64,000 nucleotides of DNA from an uncultured Candidatus Saccharibacteria bacterium (lineage in GTDB: Bacteria > Patescibacteriota > Minisyncoccia > Phycocordibacterales > UBA2100): assembly GCA_964437185.1 (NCBI GenBank), contig CAYTFU010000001.1:101022-165021 (forward strand). Direction: 5' to 3'. Below are positions 18,401 through 25,733 of the stretch, in pieces (positions within the stretch are counted from its first letter, which is position 1; every line of letters starts with the position of its first letter). Under the pieces are notes generated by a model, which was not told the origin of the DNA, made no database searches, and worked only from the letters and a program-made list of their open reading frames with translations. A program made the translations under genes and the position numbers.

Positions 18401-19036
18401 ATGGCTATCATCAAGCATCAAGAACAGCGTGTCGGCGTATTCGTCGACACACAAAATCTTTACCATAGCGCGAAAAACCTCTATCATGCGCGCGTCAATT
18501 TCGGCAACGTCCTTAAGGATTCCGTCGGCGATCGACGCCTCATTCGCGCGCGCGCATACCTCGTAACCACCGAGACAGGTGAGGAAAAAGCTTTTCTCGA
18601 AGCGCTCACGAAAATGGGCATCGAACCAAAGACCAAAGATCTCCAGATATTTTACGGGGGAGCGAAGAAGGCCGACTGGGATGTCGGCATGGCGGTCGAC
18701 GCGATTACCGCCTCTACCAAGCTCGATACGGTCATTCTCTTTACGGGAGACGGCGACTTCGTGCCCCTTGTCGAATACTTAAAGATTCACGCAGGCTGCC
18801 AAGTGGAAGTGGTCTCGTTTGGACGCTCCACTTCGGGCAAATTGCGCGAGGCGACCGATCACTTCCTCGACCTCGACGAAGATCCGCGCCGCTACCTCAT
18901 CAACTACCGAGGCCCCACGCGGCCCCGAGGTCGCGCACCACGCGGAAGCGCCGATATTCGAGTCTCCGCACCCGACGATTCAATCGCGCCCGACGACGAA
19001 GCAGGAGAGGTGGGCCGCATCACCGGCGTAGAGTAA
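18401..19036 (+). CDS. NYN-domain (LabA-like PIN) protein with Arg/Gly-rich tail
   Basis: VGVFVDTQNLYHSAKN...DWDVGMAVDAI...VILFTGDGDFVPLVEYL. Confidence 0.65.
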   Translation: MAIIKHQEQRVGVFVDTQNLYHSAKNLYHARVNFGNVLKDSVGDRRLIRARAYLVTTETGEEKAFLEALTKMGIEPKTKDLQIFYGGAKKADWDVGMAVDAITASTKLDTVILFTGDGDFVPLVEYLKIHAGCQVEVVSFGRSTSGKLREATDHFLDLDEDPRRYLINYRGPTRPRGRAPRGSADIRVSAPDDSIAPDDEAGEVGRITGVE

Positions 19037-19045
19037 CGCGGGAGG

Positions 19046-19267
19046 CTACCGCGCGTTCCTCAACACAAATGCGAGTACCGCCATCAGCGCGGCCGCGAGA
19101 AACGCGCACGCCACAAGACCGAAACCGCCAAGAAATGTGAATTCTTTGTTCACGCTCCACCGTACGTACGCTTCCGCAAACGTAAGTGCAAAAAAAGCGA
19201 TGATGGAAAAGGCAGACGAGCCTGCGGCCAGCCAAAAGACGAACGCTTCACGGTACTCTTTTTTCAT
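19046..19267 (-). CDS. small hypothetical membrane protein
   Basis: Two hydrophobic helices. Start at MKKEYREAFVFW. The track ORF extends to 19339. Confidence 0.35.
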   Translation of the reverse strand: MKKEYREAFVFWLAAGSSAFSIIAFFALTFAEAYVRWSVNKEFTFLGGFGLVACAFLAAALMAVLAFVLRNAR

Positions 19268-19283
19268 AGATAACGATACTGTA

Positions 19284-20282
19284 TCACGCCGCGGCACCCT
19301 CAGGCGCGCGCATTTTGCGGCGTGAGGAAAAATAGGCAAACGTAATAAATACGAGACCGATAAGCCCCGTGATCACCTCCGGCACGTGGATGAAAATCCC
19401 CACGAGCATCGCGAGTGCGAGCCCAAGAATGGCCCAATGTGCACCGTGTTCGAGGTAGGGGAGCGCGTCGAGCGTCTTTGCGCGAACGAGATAGACGGTA
19501 AAGGCTCGCACGAAAAGCGCGCCGATCCCCAAGCCGGCGATAATGACCGGCAGCGCGGAAGTAACCGCGAAGGCGCCGACAACGCCATCGAGCGAGAACG
19601 CTGAGTCGAGCACGTTGAGATAGATAAAGAGGGCCGCCCCAGCACTCGCCGCGTGTTCGCCAGCCTGCACCTCAAACGATTGGGCAATACCCTCGATCAC
19701 GATGAAGAGCACGACACCGATAAGGCCGGCGATGAGGAGAGTTGCCGCTTCGTGCGGCACGGCAAATGCGCACCCAAGGAGAATGACGAGCACGAGAGCG
19801 ATTTCGATTGCCTCGATGCCGCCCCACCGTGAGAGGTAGCGCTCCACAATATCGATCCAGTGCACTGTCTTTTTTTCATTAAAGAAATATTTGAGCGATA
19901 CGAGCAGCAAGAACGCGCTACCAAACGCGCCGATTGCAACGTGCGCATCTGCAAGCCGGTGGCCATACTCGGCAGCGTCAAAGAAGGCAAGCTGAGTTAC
20001 GAAGATAGGGGAAAGGCCGGCCGCGGCCGCGACGATAAAGATGGGAAGAACGAAACGCGTGCCAAACACCGCGACTGGGATGCCCCACACGAGGAAGCGC
20101 TTCTGCCAGAGCGGGTCCATGCGCTGGAGCACCTTCGCATTTACAACGGCGTTGTCGAAAGAGAGGGTGGTTTCCAAAATCGCCAGTAGCACTACCAGAA
20201 GCAGCGCCGTAAGCCCTCCCCAGGAGAACGCCCCCGCAAACGCGACGATGGATACGATGGCCGGAAAAATGAATACGCGCAT
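19284..20282 (-). CDS. TerC/DUF475-family integral membrane protein
   Basis: LSFDNAVVNA and FSLDGVVGAFAVT motifs. Multi-TM. Confidence 0.8.
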   Translation of the reverse strand: MRVFIFPAIVSIVAFAGAFSWGGLTALLLVVLLAILETTLSFDNAVVNAKVLQRMDPLWQKRFLVWGIPVAVFGTRFVLPIFIVAAAAGLSPIFVTQLAFFDAAEYGHRLADAHVAIGAFGSAFLLLVSLKYFFNEKKTVHWIDIVERYLSRWGGIEAIEIALVLVILLGCAFAVPHEAATLLIAGLIGVVLFIVIEGIAQSFEVQAGEHAASAGAALFIYLNVLDSAFSLDGVVGAFAVTSALPVIIAGLGIGALFVRAFTVYLVRAKTLDALPYLEHGAHWAILGLALAMLVGIFIHVPEVITGLIGLVFITFAYFSSRRKMRAPEGAAA

Positions 20283-20305
20283 AACAATGCGGGTATCCTA
20301 CCACA
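20228..20305. repeat. 78-bp direct repeat, copy 1: the native start and upstream region of the TerC-family gene
   Basis: About 92 % identical to 21536-21613. Includes the minus-strand ATG of the TerC gene at 20280-20282 and its first 18 codons. Confidence 0.9.
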
Positions 20306-20416
20306 ATTTGGTTTATGAGTGCCCAAATGAGATACGCCTAGATTGGCGGGCACCGAGGGACCGGGACCGAGCGGAGACAGACTCCATGCCTGCCATTGAA
20401 AGAGGCGAAGAAAATC

Positions 20417-21469
20417 CTATTCAACTAGGGTGATACTTCTAACAAACTGATTCGCAGCTTGTTTTTGAGAATCAGTCATGTAGGACATATCAATCATCAC
20501 ATCTGACTCGCTGTCACCGTTAGAGTCAATAAATAACACTGCGAACGGCCTGCCATTTAATTTCTCCCAGTTTCCATACCCGTCTCCCTCATTCCAGTCG
20601 TATGTGTCGTATATTCTTAAAACCCTAGCCTGGCCAGCAATTTCCACAGCCGAGGAAGAAATCTCAGCAATGGGAACTCCCGCATTCCATTCCCCAAAAT
20701 AAGCATCTGCGGATATATCGATGGTACCGTCACCATAGAAGATTTGTATATGCTCTGGTTCAAATGTTGATCGTGGCGGGTGGGGCCAGTCAAGTATCTT
20801 TACAATACTCACAGCATTCTCAGGTGGAATAAAACTTATACCTGCTTTTTCAAAAATAAACTTTTGATTTTTTGAAAAACGCTGAATGCTCTCTTTGTTT
20901 GCATCCTCAAAAGCAAAAGCGTCACTTATACCTAAAATCTCAGATGTGTTATTCTTTTCCCTTACTTTGGCAACAAAGAAGTATTTACTCTTTGTATCTA
21001 ACTCACATTCAAGTGCGGGCACGACGTACTTAACTTCCTCGAAAGCCACAACATTTGAAGCGACCTTACACTCAGAATCCTCGCTATTTAAATAAAGGTC
21101 AAAGACGCTGATGTTCGTATCCCTGCTTAGTGACCATCTAACAGGGAATGCAAGGTTCCGACTGAGGCGAGTATCTCCGTTCGGGTCGATAAAAACCAGA
21201 GGAGATACTGCTTTCTTTTCATTTTCCGGTGTTGGTGTATCAAGTGCTGCAAAGCCTTCCGTTCTTGCGTCAGATTCAACTTTAACTACTGAAATTCTCT
21301 CCACCCTAACAAAATTCTCAGGGGCAAATGAATACCAAACCCACCCACCAATAAGCGACAAAGTCACAAAAAGCGCCATCGCTAAATACTTTGGAGGCGG
21401 AGTTGCGGTGCCTCCAACACTTGCTGGTCTCTCGAGTGAGACTGACTCTCGAGCTTGCTCAGGCTCCAT
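20417..21469 (-). CDS. hypothetical secreted/membrane-anchored protein in a low-GC insert
   Basis: ATG at 21469 (MEPEQARES...). The track ORF starts at TTG 21490. Signal-anchor ALFVTLSLIGGWVWYSF. About 42 % GC against about 58 % in the flanks. No family recognised. Confidence 0.55.
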   Translation of the reverse strand: MEPEQARESVSLERPASVGGTATPPPKYLAMALFVTLSLIGGWVWYSFAPENFVRVERISVVKVESDARTEGFAALDTPTPENEKKAVSPLVFIDPNGDTRLSRNLAFPVRWSLSRDTNISVFDLYLNSEDSECKVASNVVAFEEVKYVVPALECELDTKSKYFFVAKVREKNNTSEILGISDAFAFEDANKESIQRFSKNQKFIFEKAGISFIPPENAVSIVKILDWPHPPRSTFEPEHIQIFYGDGTIDISADAYFGEWNAGVPIAEISSSAVEIAGQARVLRIYDTYDWNEGDGYGNWEKLNGRPFAVLFIDSNGDSESDVMIDMSYMTDSQKQAANQFVRSITLVE

Positions 21470-21535
21470 CGAATTTATGATACCACGCAAAGTTGAAGTT
21501 CGAAGGCGCTGTAGTCAGACCCCGCGGACCAAAGC

Positions 21536-21613
21536 ACGCCCCCGCAAACGCGACGATGGATACAATGGTCGGAAAAATAAATACCGGCATAACAATGCGG
21601 GTATCCTACCACA
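21536..21613. repeat. 78-bp direct repeat, copy 2, upstream of the inserted low-GC gene
   Basis: Carries a duplicated TerC start (MPVFIFPTIVSIVAFAGA...) that opens a roughly 43-codon leader ORF. Its TGA lies 8 nt past the ATG of the insert gene. Confidence 0.9.
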
Positions 21614-21682
21614 CCAAGGTGATCCCTTGACGCGCCACGAGCCTTTGTTATAATCTCGTTATAACATAACCGATCTACCTGT

Positions 21683-21925
21683 ATGTCACAAAAAGTGATC
21701 CGAATAGGTTCTTCAGCCGGGCTTACGATTTCTCCAGATATATTGGAGGCTCTCGGCATCCAGATAGGGGACGCTGTTGAGGTCTCGGCACACAGATCTG
21801 CACGAACACTCACGGTGAGACCCAAAGAAGAAACTGGAGAACAGGTGAATCCCGATGTAGTCGTGTGGACGAATGCATTCATCGACAAAAACCGAAAGCT
21901 TCTGATGCGACTTGCTGACAAGTAG
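21683..21925 (+). CDS. AbrB/MazE/SpoVT-fold antitoxin (Phd-like partner of Doc)
   Basis: 80 aa. Swapped-hairpin signature IRIGSSAGLTISPDILEALGIQIGDAVEV. Immediately upstream of the doc gene. Confidence 0.7.
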   Translation: MSQKVIRIGSSAGLTISPDILEALGIQIGDAVEVSAHRSARTLTVRPKEETGEQVNPDVVVWTNAFIDKNRKLLMRLADK

Positions 21926-21926
21926 C

Positions 21927-22325
21927 ATGAATTATCTTTCGGCAGCTGACATACTTGCTATCCACGACCGCGTTATCGAGGAGACGGGCGGCATGTTGGG
22001 TGTGCGCGAAGAAAACCTATTGCAATCTATCGCGCAACGCCCCAAGACCTCATTAGGGGGCATTGAACAATTTCCAGATATTTTCACGAAAGCAGCAGTG
22101 TACCTCGAATCCATCGCGACCTATCATGTCTTTCTCGACGGCAATAAACGCACCGCACTTTCCGCGGCGGCCGTGTTTCTGCGTCTAAATGAATATGAGA
22201 TGACACTTCCAATCACAGCGACGGAAGAATTCATGGTGGCAGCAGCGCAGAGGAAGTATTCACTCGAGCAAATCGCCGCCTGGCTCAAAACCCACTCAAA
22301 GCGAATTGCGAAAGGTAAATCCTGA
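21927..22325 (+). CDS. doc: death-on-curing (Doc/Fic-family) toxin
   Basis: Fic motif HVFLDGNKRTALSAA. ATG 1 nt after the antitoxin stop. The track ORF starts at TTG 21912. Confidence 0.85.
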   Translation: MNYLSAADILAIHDRVIEETGGMLGVREENLLQSIAQRPKTSLGGIEQFPDIFTKAAVYLESIATYHVFLDGNKRTALSAAAVFLRLNEYEMTLPITATEEFMVAAAQRKYSLEQIAAWLKTHSKRIAKGKS

Positions 22326-22353
22326 CGCAAGAACATTGCGACACACTTTTCCC

Positions 22354-22376
22354 ATTCCCGTGGGGTCAGACCCCAT
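22354..22376. repeat. palindromic 23-mer attcccgTGGGGTCaGACCCCAt, copy 1, with an extra GACCCCATGTC half-site repeat downstream
   Basis: Perfect 7-bp inverted arms around a single nt. The second copy is at 23371-23393. cagaccccatgtc is directly repeated at 22367-22379 and 22388-22400. Confidence 0.85.
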
Positions 22377-22678
22377 GTCCACATGTCCAGACCCCATGTC
22401 TCTCAACCAACGAATAAAACAGGACGCCATCTCTCTTGTTGAGCCGTCATTGCACAGTCCGCTGAAGGTAGAGGGGTTCTTTCGACACAAAATATTCCCC
22501 GACCTAGTCTTCCATACAAAGGCACACCCCTAACTTCACGCCATCGGCTAAAGTTAGTGGTGCATGTTTCTTGCGACCTCATCTCCCGTGGGATTTTACC
22601 CCGTGATCGTGCCATATTGACACACGATTCAATTGGGTGTTTATTCCTCGGAGAGCAACTTTTGAGGAGGACTTTGAC

Positions 22679-23218
22679 ATGCCTACGAACTGGACAATCG
22701 CTGACACTGCGAAGCTGAATGGATTTGATGCGGCCGCGTTCTGGGAGTGGCTGCGGACGGGATTGCGTGATTGGGACATCGACGAGTTACGGTGGCAAGC
22801 TTTTGCGCCCGTTGTGTACCGATTCGATCCATTCGACGATCCCGAAGATAGCATTGCAAGAATGTTTGAGGCACTTTCAGAAGACCGGCAAAGTGTCTTT
22901 TGTGAGGCACTTGCGTTCGGATTTTCTGCAGCAAACATCACCCCGGAAGCATTCGACTTTTTGCAGAACATTCTGGTTCTGCTGAAAAGGTCGGAGCCCG
23001 TGGAGGCAATGGTCGCCCGTCTGTGCGAATCCAACTACCTCGACGCAACTTCACATGAGGTTGCCGATCAATTGTTTGCAAGAGTATTCGCCGTGGAGGC
23101 GCTCTACACGCATCCGCGGTGGGAAGCGCTCTATGCTCGCCTTAAGGCGTCATCATACTTCAGGGAGACATACCGACCACGAATCGAAGAACGGATCGCA
23201 GCGGCTCAGCAGCGATGA
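22679..23218 (+). CDS. hypothetical protein (orphan)
   Basis: Strong SD GAGGAGG 8 nt upstream of the ATG at 22679. Acidic, Trp-rich, no known motif. Confidence 0.5.
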   Translation: MPTNWTIADTAKLNGFDAAAFWEWLRTGLRDWDIDELRWQAFAPVVYRFDPFDDPEDSIARMFEALSEDRQSVFCEALAFGFSAANITPEAFDFLQNILVLLKRSEPVEAMVARLCESNYLDATSHEVADQLFARVFAVEALYTHPRWEALYARLKASSYFRETYRPRIEERIAAAQQR

Positions 23219-23273
23219 TTCTGGCTACCCGCGGCATGAAATGTGCCGCGGGACATCTACTTCATTTCGATGG

Positions 23274-23340
23274 AAAAGATAGCGCAGCAATGCAATCGTG
23301 GTATTGTGCCCACATTAAAGGCGGCCCGAGGATAGGTAGT
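23274..23340. repeat. degenerate tandem repeat A upstream of pnp, containing an extended -10-like CGTGGTATTGTGC
   Basis: Shares aagatagcg, aatcgtggtat(t/a)gtgcc, catta and ggatagg(t/c)agt with repeat B at 23432-23507. Confidence 0.6.
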
Positions 23341-23370
23341 TCTCAAACTCGGTTTGAGACCTAAAATCCG

Positions 23371-23393
23371 ATTCCCGTGGGGTCTGACCCCAT
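23371..23393. repeat. palindromic 23-mer attcccgTGGGGTCtGACCCCAt, copy 2
   Basis: 22/23 identical to copy 1. Preceded by the hairpin tctcaaac-tcg-gtttgaga at 23339-23360. Confidence 0.85.
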
Positions 23394-23431
23394 TGACCCG
23401 ATCCGGAAGGGTAGCCCTTACCTTCGGACGC

Positions 23432-23507
23432 GAGAAAGATAGCGTGTGCTAGAAATCGTGGTATAGTGCCTGCATTAGTAAATAGTTGTGGCGGGCGGAT
23501 AGGCAGT
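23432..23507. promoter_or_regulatory. repeat B: likely pnp promoter/leader with extended -10 CGTGGTATAGTGC
   Basis: TGgTATAGT matches the extended -10 consensus TGnTATAAT. It lies about 90 bp upstream of the pnp start. Confidence 0.5.
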
Positions 23508-23555
23508 GTTGACCATATGGCTCACTACTGAAATCCGAACGTCACCCAAAGAAAA

Positions 23556-25733
23556 ATGGAAAAGAAAGTATATTCTCTCGAAATCGGGGGAAAGACGATG
23601 TCCGCTGAGTTCAACGATTGGGCGGATCAGACAAACGGATCGGTGTTGGTGCGCTACGGCAACAGCGCGGTACTCGCGACTGCCGTGATGGGCAAGGAAT
23701 CCGACAAAGATTATTTCCCACTCTCAGTGGAATACGAGGAGAAGTTTTATGCAGCGGGCGCAATTCTCGGCAGCCGCTTTATGCGCAGGGAAGGCCGGCC
23801 TTCGGATGAAGCCATCCTCTCAGGACGTATCGTGGATAGAACCATTCGCCCACTCTTTCCGAAAGGAATGAAGCGCGAAGTGCAAGTCATCATCACCGTC
23901 CTTTCTATTGAAGAGTACGACACCGACATTTTGGCGGTCAACGCGGCATCACTCGCGCTCGCCACATCCGACATTCCATGGAATGGTCCGGTTTCATCGG
24001 TGCGCATCGGAGTCGAAGAAGATAACGACGCCCTCATCGTCAACCCTACCTACAAGCAGCGTGAAGAAGAATTGCCACCGAAGGCGGTTCTCGACCTCAC
24101 AGCCTGTGGCAAAGACGGACTCATCAACATGATCGAGGTCGGCGCACGAGAGGTATCCGAAGCGATGCTCGAAAAGTCGCTCGCGCGTGCAAGTGAGGAA
24201 ATCGAGAAGATTCAGAAATGGCAAAAGATGATCGTCGCTGAGCGAGGGAAAACGAAGTGGGATTTCAAATCGCCTGAAGCGACAGCTGAAATGAAAGCGG
24301 CTTTTGCCGAAATTGTTGAGCCAAAGCTGAAGGCATCGGGAGGCAAATTGCCCAAACAGGAACTCGGCCCGATGAAATCCGAGTGGATGACATTCGCTAC
24401 CGAGAAACTCCCGGAGACCCCAAAGGGTCAGCTTGACGCATATTACGAAGAGCGTCTCGACGCATTCGTACACGACCTCGCGATCAATGAAGACAAACGC
24501 GTTGATGGCCGCGCGCTCGATCAAATCCGCCCACTCTTTGCGCAGGCTGGCGGCGTTTCTCCCGTTATTCACGGCACCGGCATCTTCTATCGCGGCGAAA
24601 CGCACGTACTCGCGGCGCTCACGCTCGGCGGCCCAGGCGACGCGCAACTCATCGACACCATCGAATTCCAGGACACGAAAAAGACCTTCATGCTCCACTA
24701 CAACTTCCCACCGTTCTCAGTAGGGGAGACAGGGCGCGTCGGAGGATTCAACCGACGTATGACAGGTCACGGTGCGCTCGCCGAAAAAGCATTGCGCGTC
24801 ATGATGCCGTCTAAGGACGTATTTCCGTACACGGTGCGTATCGTTTCCGAGTGTCTCGCATCCAACGGCTCTACCTCTATGGCCACGGTATGCGCAGGCA
24901 CGATTGCGCTCATGGACGCGGGAGTGCCGATTCAGCGCCCCGTCGCCGGAATCGCAATGGGCATGATGAGCGATTCGAAAGCGGGGAAGTACAAGGTGCT
25001 CACCGACATTCAGGGACCCGAAGATCACCACGGCGACATGGACTTTAAGGTCGCGGGCACGTCAGAGGGCGTGACCGCCGTACAAATGGACGTGAAAGTA
25101 GAAGGCGTACCGCTCAAAGTACTCACCGAGGCATTCGCGCAAGCAAAGAAAGCCCGCATGCAAATTCTCGACGTCATCACAAAAGAGATCGCATCACCAC
25201 GCGCGAGCATTTCTGAGCGCGCTCCGAAAATCCTCACGCTCGTCGTGAAGAAAGATCAAATCGGACTCGTGATTGGTCCCGGAGGAAAAATGATCAACGG
25301 CATCCGTGAGCGCACAGGCGTCGATGACATTACGATTGAGGAAGACGGCACCGTCTTCATCACCGGAAAGAATGGCTCGGCCGAAGAAGCATTTAAAGAG
25401 ATCAGTGATCTTACTCGCGAATATATGGTGGGCGATCGATTCGAAGGTGAAGTGGTGCGGATTATGGATTTCGGTGCGTTCGTGAAGATAGGTCCCAACA
25501 ACGACGGCCTCGTCCACGTCTCAGAAGTAGCGCCGTTCCGCATTGCGAAAATTACCGATGCCGTTCAGCTCGGCGACGTCGTACCCGTCGTCCTCAAAGA
25601 AATCGACGAGAAAGGACGGTATAATCTGTCCATCAAAGCCGCTGATCCCGAATGGGCCGCTCGCAAGGGTCTGAAGCCGGATCAAGGTGGCGGAGATTCA
25701 CATGGCGGAAGTCGACCACGGAGACATTTCTAA
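23556..25733 (+). CDS. pnp: polynucleotide phosphorylase
   Basis: 725 aa. Two RNase PH domains, KH (IGPGGKMINGIRERTG) and S1 (GDRFEGEVVRIMDFGAFV). Confidence 0.95.
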   Translation: MEKKVYSLEIGGKTMSAEFNDWADQTNGSVLVRYGNSAVLATAVMGKESDKDYFPLSVEYEEKFYAAGAILGSRFMRREGRPSDEAILSGRIVDRTIRPLFPKGMKREVQVIITVLSIEEYDTDILAVNAASLALATSDIPWNGPVSSVRIGVEEDNDALIVNPTYKQREEELPPKAVLDLTACGKDGLINMIEVGAREVSEAMLEKSLARASEEIEKIQKWQKMIVAERGKTKWDFKSPEATAEMKAAFAEIVEPKLKASGGKLPKQELGPMKSEWMTFATEKLPETPKGQLDAYYEERLDAFVHDLAINEDKRVDGRALDQIRPLFAQAGGVSPVIHGTGIFYRGETHVLAALTLGGPGDAQLIDTIEFQDTKKTFMLHYNFPPFSVGETGRVGGFNRRMTGHGALAEKALRVMMPSKDVFPYTVRIVSECLASNGSTSMATVCAGTIALMDAGVPIQRPVAGIAMGMMSDSKAGKYKVLTDIQGPEDHHGDMDFKVAGTSEGVTAVQMDVKVEGVPLKVLTEAFAQAKKARMQILDVITKEIASPRASISERAPKILTLVVKKDQIGLVIGPGGKMINGIRERTGVDDITIEEDGTVFITGKNGSAEEAFKEISDLTREYMVGDRFEGEVVRIMDFGAFVKIGPNNDGLVHVSEVAPFRIAKITDAVQLGDVVPVVLKEIDEKGRYNLSIKAADPEWAARKGLKPDQGGGDSHGGSRPRRHF

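Noticed and set aside
11300-21455. Recurrence of the ctctcgag/ctcgagag motif, at the tRNA-Gly hairpin and at the start of the low-GC insert gene, as a possible mobile-element recognition site
   Set aside because: There are only two occurrences, each with a different arrangement (one inverted, one direct). This is most likely coincidence.
23994-25543. Several 95-234 aa minus-strand ORFs across pnp
   Set aside because: Antisense to a 725-aa gene with unambiguous PNPase domains.
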